Origin: Longimicrobiales bacterium
GTDB lineage: Bacteria > Gemmatimonadota > Gemmatimonadetes > Longimicrobiales > Gaopeijiaceae
Assembly (NCBI GenBank): GCA_965219445.1
Contig: CBDCNQ010000004.1
Span: 608,001 to 672,000, forward strand
Direction: 5' to 3'
Length of the DNA stretch: 64,000 nucleotides
Below the pieces are notes generated by a model, which was given only the letters and a program-made list of their open reading frames with translations, did no database searches and was not told where the DNA came from. Shown here in pieces: positions 51,302 through 61,394 of the stretch (position 1 is its first letter; each line of letters starts with the position of its first letter). The translations under genes were made by a program, and so were the position numbers.

Positions 51302-52432
51302 TCACTTCTTGCCCTTGGCCGAGCCCGAAAGCTCACCCAAGCGAGCCTCGTAGAGGGCCCGGGCCGTCTTTCGTGAATCACGCGCCATCACCGTCTTGAT
51401 ATCGGATACGTTGTCGAACTGAGCGAGGAATTTCGCCATGTCACCCACCTTGGGTAGCTTAATGGTCGAAAGATCCAGATCACTGGCGGACGCCGCCGAA
51501 GATTTTGGTGCTGCCTTGGCCTTTGGTGCCACCTTCGCCTTGGGTGCTGCCTTTGCCTTAGCTTCGCTCTTTGCCTTGGGCGCCGCCTTTGCCTTGGGTG
51601 CCGCCTTTGCCTGAGATTTGTGTTTAGCCTTGGCTTCGGCCTTCCGTTCGGGCTGGACTTCAGCCTTGACCTTCACCCCCGTGACCCTCCTCGACTTCTG
51701 CTCGTGGCCCGGTCTCAGATTCCTTCTCTCCGCCTGTGCCTCCTCAGCGGCCCGTTCCCTTACCCTTACGGCCGGCTCGCCTCGTGACCGCGATTCAATC
51801 GCGGCCTTTTGCGCAGCAGACGGCTCGTAACTCTCGAGCGCAGCCTTCTCGATGACGAGAAGGTTGGCCCAGAGGATGTCGTAGGCGGATTCTTCGCCGA
51901 AGGGTCGCACTACAACCGCCGAGAGGTTGCGTGACGAAAGGTGGACGTTTTGCTTCGGGCCATCGGTGAGGAGAAGCACCTTTCCCGCGGCTCCGAGTTT
52001 CCCGAGCATTTCCACAAGATTCTTGGTCTTGGGAGTGTCGTACTCGAGGGAATCCACCAGAATCACGTGGTCACCCTGGGCCCTGGAATTGAACGCGGAT
52101 CGCCGAGCCAGGGCACGGACCTTTTGAGGCACGCGCTGCCTCCACGAATGTGGAATGGGTGGAAACGCAACCCCGCCACCCGCGAACTGTGCGGCGCGAA
52201 TCGTTCCTGCCCGGGCTCGGCCGGTCCCCTTCTGCCTCCACGGCTTGCGCCCCCCTCCCTTGACCTGGCCCCGGGACTTGGCCGAAGCGGTGCCCTGGCG
52301 CTGATTCGACAGGTAGGCCTTGATCACCTGGTGCAGGACGTCCTCGTGGACGACGCCGTCGAATAGCCATTCAGGGAGAACCTGAGCCTTCCCCTCCGAG
52401 CCGTCGTTTTGGTAGTAGCGCGCCTTAAGCAT
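51302..52432 (-). CDS. rplD: 50S ribosomal protein L4 with long Lys/Ala-rich C-terminal extension
   Basis: RQGTAS.K.RG.V.GGGRKPWRQKGTGRARAG, GGGVAF.P; ~170 extra C-terminal aa. Confidence 0.97.
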   Translation of the reverse strand: MLKARYYQNDGSEGKAQVLPEWLFDGVVHEDVLHQVIKAYLSNQRQGTASAKSRGQVKGGGRKPWRQKGTGRARAGTIRAAQFAGGGVAFPPIPHSWRQRVPQKVRALARRSAFNSRAQGDHVILVDSLEYDTPKTKNLVEMLGKLGAAGKVLLLTDGPKQNVHLSSRNLSAVVVRPFGEESAYDILWANLLVIEKAALESYEPSAAQKAAIESRSRGEPAVRVRERAAEEAQAERRNLRPGHEQKSRRVTGVKVKAEVQPERKAEAKAKHKSQAKAAPKAKAAPKAKSEAKAKAAPKAKVAPKAKAAPKSSAASASDLDLSTIKLPKVGDMAKFLAQFDNVSDIKTVMARDSRKTARALYEARLGELSGSAKGKK

Positions 52433-52435
52433 GTG

Positions 52436-53056
52436 TCATTTCTGGATCAACAGATAGCTGTTTCTGGACCCCGGTACTCCACCCTTGATGAAGAGGAGAT
52501 TCCGCTCCAGGTCCACTCTCACGACCTTCAAATTACCGATGGTGGCACGAACCCCACCCATACGGCCCGGAAGTTTCTTGCCCTTGATCACCCGGGACGG
52601 ATCGGTACCGGGCCCGATCGACCCGGGGTTTCGCGACATCGGATGCCCGTGCGAAGCAGGACGGCCCGCGAAGCCCCAGCGCTTCACTACACCCTGAAAG
52701 CCTTTACCCTTGGTGGTTCCCACAACTCTCACTGTGTCACCCGCCCCGAAGATCTCGACGGTGATCGCCTGCCCGATCTCATACTCATCATCGTCGGAGA
52801 TGTCGAACTCCCGAACGAGACGAGGCGCAACGTCAACGCCCGCCTTGGCGGCATGCCCCTTTTCAGCCTTGTTCGCCCGCTTGTCCTTCTGGGCACCAAA
52901 ACCCAGCTGAACGGCGGTATAACCGTCGGTCTCCGCGGTCTTGATCTGAAGCACGGGGCATGGCCCCGCCTCCACGATCGTCACGGGCACCGCGGCGCCT
53001 TCGTCATCGAAGATCCGGGTCATCCCGATTTTTTTCCCAATCAATGCAGCCATCAC
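52436..53056 (-). CDS. rplC: 50S ribosomal protein L3
   Basis: GKKIGMTRIF, DGYTAVQ, KGKGFQGVVKRW.F, PGSIG, KGGVPG. Confidence 0.98.
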   Translation of the reverse strand: MMAALIGKKIGMTRIFDDEGAAVPVTIVEAGPCPVLQIKTAETDGYTAVQLGFGAQKDKRANKAEKGHAAKAGVDVAPRLVREFDISDDDEYEIGQAITVEIFGAGDTVRVVGTTKGKGFQGVVKRWGFAGRPASHGHPMSRNPGSIGPGTDPSRVIKGKKLPGRMGGVRATIGNLKVVRVDLERNLLFIKGGVPGSRNSYLLIQK

Positions 53057-53070
53057 TCAGCCCTGTTTCC

Positions 53071-53379
53071 CTAATCGACCTTGATCTCGACGTCCACACC
53101 GGCCGGCAGATCAAGCTTGGTAAGCGCGTCAACGGTCTGCGATCGGCTATCTACGATGTCGATGAGGCGCTTGTGCGTTCTCAGTTCGAACTGCTCACGG
53201 CTTTTCTTATCGATGTGGGGCGAACGAAGCACCGTCCATCGTTCGCGCCGCGTCGGCAACGGAATCGGACCACGCACACTTGCGCCTGTCTTCTGTGCCG
53301 TCCGCACAATGTCAGCCGCAGTCTGGTCCACGATCCAATGGTCGAAGGCCTTCAGTCTGATCCGAATTCTGTCCGCCAT
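53071..53379 (-). CDS. rpsJ: 30S ribosomal protein S10
   Basis: [40 protein letters not shown]. Confidence 0.98.
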   Translation of the reverse strand: MADRIRIRLKAFDHWIVDQTAADIVRTAQKTGASVRGPIPLPTRRERWTVLRSPHIDKKSREQFELRTHKRLIDIVDSRSQTVDALTKLDLPAGVDVEIKVD

Positions 53380-53576
53380 ATTTCCCCCCATTGCGAGCCG
53401 CGTGGGCACCGCGTGCATCTTGCTAAGGCCCGCGATGGGCCTCGCGGGGCCAAACTGCGCCCCGTTCTTCGTATCATCTGCGCTTGACGGGCTGCTTCTG
53501 CCCGTCGGTACTGCTTCGTGCCGCCGCCCGCGCGCCCAACAGGGCGTCGCGACGGAGCCCCAACTATATGCAAGGA

Positions 53577-53641
53577 TTCAGTTTTTTCTCTCTCTCCTTC
53601 GCTACTCTTCGCGACGCTGCGGGAGAGAGAGAAAAGCTGAA
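53577..53641 (-). terminator. Long hairpin immediately downstream of tuf (terminator-like or RNA-stabilising/REP-like)
   Basis: TTCAGTTTTTTCTCTCTCTCC ... GGAGAGAGAGAAAAGCTGAA inverted repeat 6 nt after the tuf stop; no clear U-tract. Confidence 0.5.
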
Positions 53642-53647
53642 TCCGCC

Positions 53648-54838
<1,191 letters not shown>

Positions 54839-54878
54839 CGCTCCTTCCTCGTGACTCCTTGTCTGAAAAAAGGGGCCG

Positions 54879-56978
54879 TCAGCGACCACCGCCATTCGCA
54901 TTGATGATCTCTTCGGCCTTACTCTTCGGTACTTCCTCGTAGTGAGCGAACTGCATCGTATAAACAGCGCGACCCTGGCTCAGTGAGCGCAGGGTCGTCG
55001 CGTATCCAAACATTTCGCCCAGCGGAACGCTCGCCCCGATGACCTGGGCGTCGCCGCGGTCAGTCATCCCACCCACCTTACCACGACGGGCGGAAAGGTC
55101 GCCGATAATGTCCCCCATGTAGTCCAAGGGGGTTACCACCTCTACATCCATGACCGGCTCCAAGAGAACGGGAGCCGAGCGTTTCACTCCGTTCTTGATC
55201 GCTATGGATCCGGCGATCTTGAAGGCCATTTCGCTCGAGTCCACATCGTGGTGGGAGCCGTCGATCAACTCCACTTTCAGGTCAATGACCGGGTATCCCG
55301 CCAAAACCCCCGAGTCGAGGGCCTCTTTGATGCCCTGTTCGACTGAACTGATATATTCACGTGGGATCACACCGCCCTTGACTTGATCCTCGAACACGAA
55401 GCCGCCCCCGGACTCCAGCGGCTCTATGTTGATGACGACGTGGCCATATTGCCCGCGTCCCCCGGACTGCCTCACGAACTTGCCCTCTATCTTCTCTGAG
55501 CGGCTTCGGATCGTCTCCCGGTAGGACACCTGCGGACGCCCGACATTAGCCTCCACGCTGAACTCACGCCGAAGCCGGTCGACGATGATCTCGAGATGCA
55601 ACTCACCCATACCACTGATGATGGTCTGGCTCGTTTCCTCGTCCGTGTAGACGCGAAATGTCGGATCCTCATCGGCCAGCTTGACTAGCCCGCTGCTGAG
55701 TTTGTCCTGGTCGACCCGGGTTTTAGGTTCGATCGCTACCGAGATCACAGGCTCAGGGAACTTCATGGCCTCAAGAATGATCGGGTGGTCCGGATGGCAG
55801 ATCGTGTCACCCGTCTTGACGTTCTTGAGACCGATGACCGCAGCGATGTCGCCCGCGAAGACCTCGTCCCGCTCCTCCCGCTTGTTGGCATGCATCTGGA
55901 GCAACCGTCCCACGCGCTCCTTACGGTCCTTCGTCGCGTTGAGAACGTAGCTGCCCGCCGGGAGAGACCCCGAATACACCCGTACATACGTCAGCTTCCC
56001 GACGAACGGGTCGGTCATGATCTTGAACGCCAGCGCGCTGAAGGGCTCGTCATCGGACGCCTCTCTGGCAACCTGTGTTTCGTCGTGCTGCGGCAAGTGG
56101 CCCTGGATCGCGGCAACGTCCAACGGTGAGGGGAGGTAGTCGATGACCCCGTCTAGGAGCGCCTGCACCCCCTTGTTCTTGAAGGCCGAGCCACAGAAGA
56201 CCGGGAACAGCTTGCCGGAAATCGTCGCGCTGCGGATCGCCTGCGTGAGCTCCTCTTCGGTGAGCTCTTCTCCACCCAGGTACTTCTCGAGCAACGTGTC
56301 GTCGTGCTCGACAGCGGCCTCCATGATGTCGTGCCGCAACTCGGCGATCTTCTCGACGAGCGAGTCCGGCACCTCACCCTCCTCCACTTTTGAATCGAGC
56401 TCTTCTTGATAGTGGAGTGCCTTTCGGCGTACGACGTCGATAATACCCGTAAAAAGTTCGCCCTCGCCGAGCGGGTACTGCACGGGGAAGGCGTTGGCTC
56501 CAAGTCTGTCTCGCATCATGCCAACAACGTGTTCGAAGTCGGCACCGACTCGGTCCATCTTGTTGACCAGCGCGATGCGCGGGACGCTGTAGCGATCGGC
56601 CTGGCGCCAAACCGTCTCCGACTGGGGCTCGACCCCGCCCACGGCACAGAACACGGCCACGGCGCCATCGAGTACGCGCAGAGACCGCTCGACCTCAGCA
56701 GTGAAATCGACGTGTCCCGGTGTATCGATGATGTTGATACGGTATTCGGTTTCGTGGCGCTCCCAATGACAGGTCGTGGCGGCAGACGTAATCGTGATCC
56801 CCCGCTCCTGTTCCTGCTCCATCCAGTCCATGGCGGCCGCGCCCTCGTGGACCTCGCCGACCCGGTGGAGCCGGCCCGTATAGTAGAGCACCCTTTCCGT
56901 CGTCGTCGTCTTACCGGCGTCGATGTGCGCCATGATCCCGATATTGCGCAGGTGCTTGAGTGGAGTTCGTCTGGGCAT
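54879..56978 (-). CDS. fusA: Elongation factor G
   Basis: [53 protein letters not shown]. Confidence 0.99.
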   Translation of the reverse strand: MPRRTPLKHLRNIGIMAHIDAGKTTTTERVLYYTGRLHRVGEVHEGAAAMDWMEQEQERGITITSAATTCHWERHETEYRINIIDTPGHVDFTAEVERSLRVLDGAVAVFCAVGGVEPQSETVWRQADRYSVPRIALVNKMDRVGADFEHVVGMMRDRLGANAFPVQYPLGEGELFTGIIDVVRRKALHYQEELDSKVEEGEVPDSLVEKIAELRHDIMEAAVEHDDTLLEKYLGGEELTEEELTQAIRSATISGKLFPVFCGSAFKNKGVQALLDGVIDYLPSPLDVAAIQGHLPQHDETQVAREASDDEPFSALAFKIMTDPFVGKLTYVRVYSGSLPAGSYVLNATKDRKERVGRLLQMHANKREERDEVFAGDIAAVIGLKNVKTGDTICHPDHPIILEAMKFPEPVISVAIEPKTRVDQDKLSSGLVKLADEDPTFRVYTDEETSQTIISGMGELHLEIIVDRLRREFSVEANVGRPQVSYRETIRSRSEKIEGKFVRQSGGRGQYGHVVINIEPLESGGGFVFEDQVKGGVIPREYISSVEQGIKEALDSGVLAGYPVIDLKVELIDGSHHDVDSSEMAFKIAGSIAIKNGVKRSAPVLLEPVMDVEVVTPLDYMGDIIGDLSARRGKVGGMTDRGDAQVIGASVPLGEMFGYATTLRSLSQGRAVYTMQFAHYEEVPKSKAEEIINANGGGR

Positions 56979-57199
56979 CTATGATCTCGATTGGGTTCGT
57001 TTCTTCTCGGTCTTAAAAAACTCGTCAGTCCAAAAAAAACGCACGAACGGTTCAAAGCAGGAAGCGCGATCTCCCCTAACTGCCGTATTCGATACCGCCG
57101 GCAGCCTCCGCGCTTCGTGCCTCGACGCTCATGCGCGAGACAGCGAGTTGGGTCCCCTCGACCGCAGCTACAGGCGGTCAGGACCCGAGCAGATTTTGA

Positions 57200-57670
57200 C
57201 TACCAGCGATAGTGGGCGAACGCCTTGTTCGCCTCCGCCATCCGATGCGTGTCGTCCTTTTTCTTGATTGTCGCTCCCTCTCCCCTGGCTGCGGCCAGGA
57301 ATTCAAACGCGAGACGCTCGGCCATCGTCTTCTCGCTTCGACTGCGAGCAAAACCAATCAACCAACGGCTCGCCAACGCGGCCCGACGTTCCGGTCGGAC
57401 CTCAATAGGAACCTGATATGTGGCACCGCCAACCCTGCGACTCTTGACCTCGAGCGCGGGCTTGGCATTCGTCAGCGCCTGCGTGAAAACGTTCAAGCCG
57501 GGCTGCCCCGAGCGCTCCTCACATAGGGTCAGGGCCCCGTAAAAGATCTTCTCTGCCAGAGATTTTTTCCCATCGACCATGAGATTGTTGATGAACTTCG
57601 TGACCTCGGTCGATCCGTATCTCGGATCCGGAATGAGCTCCCTGCGAACTGCTCTTGAACGACGGCTCAT
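57200..57670 (-). CDS. rpsG: 30S ribosomal protein S7
   Basis: [41 protein letters not shown]. Confidence 0.98.
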   Translation of the reverse strand: MSRRSRAVRRELIPDPRYGSTEVTKFINNLMVDGKKSLAEKIFYGALTLCEERSGQPGLNVFTQALTNAKPALEVKSRRVGGATYQVPIEVRPERRAALASRWLIGFARSRSEKTMAERLAFEFLAAARGEGATIKKKDDTHRMAEANKAFAHYRW

Positions 57671-57680
57671 CCTGGATCCT

Positions 57681-58052
57681 CTATCTAGGCCGCTTTGCGC
57701 CGTATTTCGACCGTCCCTGCCGACGATCACTCACGCCCGAGGCGTCCAACGTTCCCCTCACGATGTGGTACCGCACACCAGGCAGGTCCTTCACTCGCCC
57801 GCCCCGCATGAGCACGATGGAGTGCTCCTGGAGATTGTGTCCCTCTCCGGGGATGTATGACGTCACCTCGTACCCGTTCGTCAGACGTACCCGAGCCACC
57901 TTCCTCAGCGCCGAGTTCGGCTTCTTCGGAGTGGTCGTATACACCCGTGTACAGACGCCCCTTTTTTGGGGGCTCTTCTGCAACGCAGGGGACTTGTTCT
58001 TCTTCTGAAGCTCGCGACGTCCCTTGCGAACGAGTTGGTTGATGGTAGGCAT
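57681..58052 (-). CDS. rpsL: 30S ribosomal protein S12
   Basis: [32 protein letters not shown]. Confidence 0.99.
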   Translation of the reverse strand: MPTINQLVRKGRRELQKKNKSPALQKSPQKRGVCTRVYTTTPKKPNSALRKVARVRLTNGYEVTSYIPGEGHNLQEHSIVLMRGGRVKDLPGVRYHIVRGTLDASGVSDRRQGRSKYGAKRPR

Positions 58053-58148
58053 ACGAGCCTGGGTTCAATGATCAAAGAAAAGCGCCACTCAGCGCGAATT
58101 CGACCGGAGCCGCCGGCACTTCAGGCAACTCCACTGGATAGCCAGAAA

Positions 58149-58177
58149 AATTTAAAAGAGGGCTATCGGGGTGTCAA
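58149..58177 (-). promoter_or_regulatory. Sigma70-type promoter for the str (rpsL) operon
   Basis: Minus strand TTGACA-17 nt-TAAATT, about 100 nt upstream of the rpsL start. Confidence 0.7.
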
Positions 58178-58259
58178 CGGGCCTCGACACCCCGAAATCG
58201 GCGCAGGATGGAGGATTCCGAGGGGTCGGGTGATGATCGGGCAGAGCCGCGATTCCTCG

Positions 58260-59443
58260 TCATGCCTTCGGCCTTCCCACTCCTTGATTCCCTACTTCCT
58301 TTTTTCCCCCGCCTGTCGCTACCGGAGCTGTTCCCGACCCCCCCACTGGACTGAAGGATCTTTGTCGGATCAGCATCGGCACCTGTGTGATGAAGTGAGC
58401 CGTTCGCAAGACACATTCCCACAGCTGAAACGGCCACCTAGGCAGTTCGTTGAACGGCCCCCCGACCCGTGCGGTCGCCTGGATCGGATTAGGCCAACGG
58501 AGGCGAAGCGCTCTCAGCAGATGGGCGGGGTGCCGGAAGGAGTACGCCATCGACGGACTATCCAAGATATAATGCTACTTTGTCGACCACTGGCTGAGCA
58601 CCGAGGGAAGGAGCCATCGGGGCACGTGTCTGTCCCTCTCCTCCGCTGGAATGCCGTCCAAACGGGCACCGAGAAGCTGGTGCGCCAGACACACGGTGGA
58701 TGCCACCCAACCCGCCCGCCGCCGATCTCCCTGCAGTAGATACCTCCAGTCAAAGTCCACGCGCAGTGATTCCAGCACGACGGCGACGTCGCATAACCAC
58801 AGGGCACGGTGCAAGCCGTGGCACAACATGTGGATGCACATGTACCGGAGATGATCCTCGGGCCCCAGTATCCGCACGTCGATGTCACCCAGCGGTACGA
58901 GCTGGGAACGCCCGTAGACATCGTCCAGCGAAGGGCGGTGGAGCTGCGCCAGACCCTTGTGCAAATCGACTGCGACCGGCTCGGCCGTCGGAGCGGCAAG
59001 CGCAGCCACCGCGGCCGTATGCTGTTCCGGCCGAACACAGAGGTCGATGTCTCCATGGGGTCGCAGCCCACGTTCCGGATAAAGGCGAGCGACTGCCCAG
59101 CCCTTGACCAGCAGCGGCTCCACACCCGCCGACCGAAGCCGCGTGATCGCCTGGACGATCTGGTGCTCCGCTCGGGCATTCTGAAGAGTATAGTGGCGGT
59201 ACGCCTGCCGAAGTTCGTGGGCAGCGGCCGACGTGCGTAGCTCGGACGATCGCACCCGCCACCATCCCAGGCTTGCCGCTCCCGTGCCGAGCAGCAGCGG
59301 TGTGACCTCATTGAGGGCGGCGGGCGAGAGAGACTGGGGTGGGGGGGGGGAGCACGCCAGGCCTGGTTGAGGACTGAGGCTATCAGCTTACCGCGTCGTC
59401 GGGGGTCGGTGTCAGTGCGCGGATCGGGAGGCGACGATCTCAA
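58260..59443 (-). pseudogene. Nucleotidyltransferase family protein (NTP_transf_5-like), interrupted by a frameshift near the G10 run (59341-59350) and an in-frame TAG (58575-58577)
   Basis: LLVKGWAVA..YP..GLRPHGDIDL.V, VDLH, HxxxHG...WLCD. The N-terminus (TTG 59443) is in another frame, and the C-terminus continues in frame past the TAG to 58260. Restored length is ~394 aa. Confidence 0.8.
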
Positions 59444-59467
59444 TACACCTATTTCACCACCCCAAGC

Positions 59468-60001
59468 TCAACAACCACATTGTTGTCTCGCCTGACCGGC
59501 AGGCAAACACGCACCGTTGCAGCATTCTCTGTTGCAATTGGTGCCGGTCGTGCATGGGTTGCAATTCGGAACGCCGCTACAATTCGTAACGCACGAGCCT
59601 TGTGCCGCCGCAAGTGGCGCCACGACCGACTCGATCACCGGCAGGAGGAGCGAGATCCCCGCTGCGCGTCCCAGGGTTCGTAGCATTTTCCGCCGCGAGT
59701 ATTGGGCGCTATCTGCCGGCAGTGTCACCGGGTCACTCAGCAAGTGTGCCCGGCTCAAGCGGTCCAGCGCCATCCACACGACCGCCTCGTCTGGCGGGGT
59801 TGCTGAATTCTCCCCCAAGAGCGCAGCCACCTCGGCCACGCTCGTTTGTCCATCGCAGCGCCGCCAGACCAGAGCGGCCGTGCGATTCAGGCAACGGGCC
59901 TTGTGGCGCTCCAGGTCGTAGACCAGGGTTTCGTCCTGAAGCTCCTCGACAATAAGCTTGTCTTGCCTCGCCCGGGGCATTACCGCTGTTGTCGTTTCCA
60001 T
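59468..60001 (-). CDS. PqqD/RRE-domain protein fused to a twin-arginine-like signal and a Cys-rich peptide
   Basis: Residues ~1-90: ETLVYDL.RHKA.CLN.TAALVW..CDG..SV....VWMAL..L....LL (PqqD pattern). Then SRRKMLR, hydrophobic AAGISLLLPVIESVVAP, AAAQG, and a 42-aa tail with 10 Cys. Confidence 0.85.
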   Translation of the reverse strand: METTTAVMPRARQDKLIVEELQDETLVYDLERHKARCLNRTAALVWRRCDGQTSVAEVAALLGENSATPPDEAVVWMALDRLSRAHLLSDPVTLPADSAQYSRRKMLRTLGRAAGISLLLPVIESVVAPLAAAQGSCVTNCSGVPNCNPCTTGTNCNRECCNGACLPAGQARQQCGC

Positions 60002-60051
60002 AGGTATCTCATTCCAAGTCGATGCGCGTGTGAACACTACAAACGTTCACC

Positions 60052-60089
60052 ATTCATGCATGGCACACAAGATTCATGCGTGGCACACA
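60052..60089. promoter_or_regulatory. 18-bp direct repeat (period 20), candidate operator upstream of the PqqD-fusion gene
   Basis: ATTCATGCATGGCACACA and ATTCATGCGTGGCACACA; adjacent GTGAAC-N9-GTTCAC palindrome at 60030-60050. Confidence 0.45.
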
Positions 60090-60135
60090 TGCCAAAAGTA
60101 GTCCCGAGCCAGCCTTTTCAGGAACCTCGGCCCGC

Positions 60136-60960
60136 CTATTCCGCTAACCGGTCCAGAATTGCTTCGGCGACTTCTTCGGCTTCACCACGGGCCCCCTTTA
60201 GCAGCATCGGCTCGGCCGTGGCGGAACGCAGCGTCGCGAGGGCCCGCTCCGGATCACGTCTGGCAGAGACGGTGTGGGCAAAAAGTTCCAACACCGCCCG
60301 CCCAGGCGAAAGCGTGCGCGGTCGCCAGCGAACACCGGGCCGGTAACTGGTCACGACGACCAAGCCCAACGGAAGCGGTCGGACACCGGTTGTACCGCCC
60401 AAATCTTCCGGGAGGATCTTCTTCGCGGGTCTACCCCCGTCCTGCCGCATCGCCAAAGGCCTCGGATAGGGATGCACCCGACCCCGCTCATCCAAAACGG
60501 CATACTCATCGGAATAATACGTCGCACCGGCCCTTAACAGGGCCCTGACCAGGGTTGACTTGCCGCTCATACTACTCCCCGGGATGACGATTGCCCTGCC
60601 ACGCCAGCCCACGACGCAGGCATGGACAAACACCCTTCGGCGGGCATAGTCTGCGACGTATAGCTGCATGTCCCTTTCGAGGGCTTCAAGTACCGGGTCC
60701 GTGTCCTTCGATCGTGCCAGCCGCACCGTGTCCCCATACAAAATATTGAAGCGGCGAACGTTCGAGCCGACCTTGGTTCCGCTTACGATCAGCGAATACA
60801 GACGTCCCACGCGGGGCCCGCGAGCCGGCTTGGCACCCGGTGGAAGCACGGATGCAATCCGATCCATGATCTCCGGGCTACTCGCCCGGATCCCAATGCG
60901 TAGCCCATAGGAGACGAACGAGATCCCTGCCGCCCACCCGAGGCGGTCGATTTTCTCCAT
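60136..60960 (-). CDS. HPr kinase/phosphorylase-related P-loop kinase
   Basis: VFVHACVV.W.GRAIVIPGSSMSGKSTLV.AL...G..YYSDEYAVLD...HPYPRPL: the His, Walker A and SDE acidic motifs of HprK-like kinases. Confidence 0.85.
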   Translation of the reverse strand: MEKIDRLGWAAGISFVSYGLRIGIRASSPEIMDRIASVLPPGAKPARGPRVGRLYSLIVSGTKVGSNVRRFNILYGDTVRLARSKDTDPVLEALERDMQLYVADYARRRVFVHACVVGWRGRAIVIPGSSMSGKSTLVRALLRAGATYYSDEYAVLDERGRVHPYPRPLAMRQDGGRPAKKILPEDLGGTTGVRPLPLGLVVVTSYRPGVRWRPRTLSPGRAVLELFAHTVSARRDPERALATLRSATAEPMLLKGARGEAEEVAEAILDRLAE

Positions 60961-61152
60961 TCAGGTGGATCCCGGCACTAACACCATCTCGTCGACGTCG
61001 CACGCCTGCATTGGAGATCCTGCACGCTGTTTCAGTGCCAGAACGTCGCTCATGGGGCTGCCTGAGGAGGAGTCGGGCGGTCAGATCTCATGCACAAAGG
61101 TAAGATCCCGAGCCAAGAACAGGGAGATTTACGTGACCCGCAACGCACTCGA

Positions 61153-61389
61153 AGCCTCGCGCCCACGCCCTCCCCCCCAACATAGTTGAGGTGAGCGTCG
61201 TCGCGGCCCCGCAGAGACGGTCCGCGGCGAAGCCGTGGAGCGAGCGTCGATCCCCCCGCGCGCGTAGCCTCACGCAAACGCCCCCCCCAACATGATTGAG
61301 GAGAGCGTCGTCAGGGTCCCGTGGCGACGATCCGCGGCGAAGCCGTGGAGCGAAGCGCCGGCGCAACGGGACCCTGACGACGCTCTCCT
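61153..61389 (+). repeat. Tandem pair (period ~110 bp) of REP-like palindromic elements, copies C and D
   Basis: Both units have CCCCCCCAACAT..TTGAGG.GAGCGTCGTC...TCCGCGGCGAAGCCGTGGAGCGA. Copy D has a perfect 24-bp outer stem (61299-61322 / 61366-61389), 5 nt after the rpoC stop. Confidence 0.85.
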
Positions 61390-61394
61390 ACCAC

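Noticed and set aside
60061..60095. Sigma54 promoter suggested by TGGCAC
   Set aside because: No TTGC at the -12 position, and the hexamers face away from the downstream gene.
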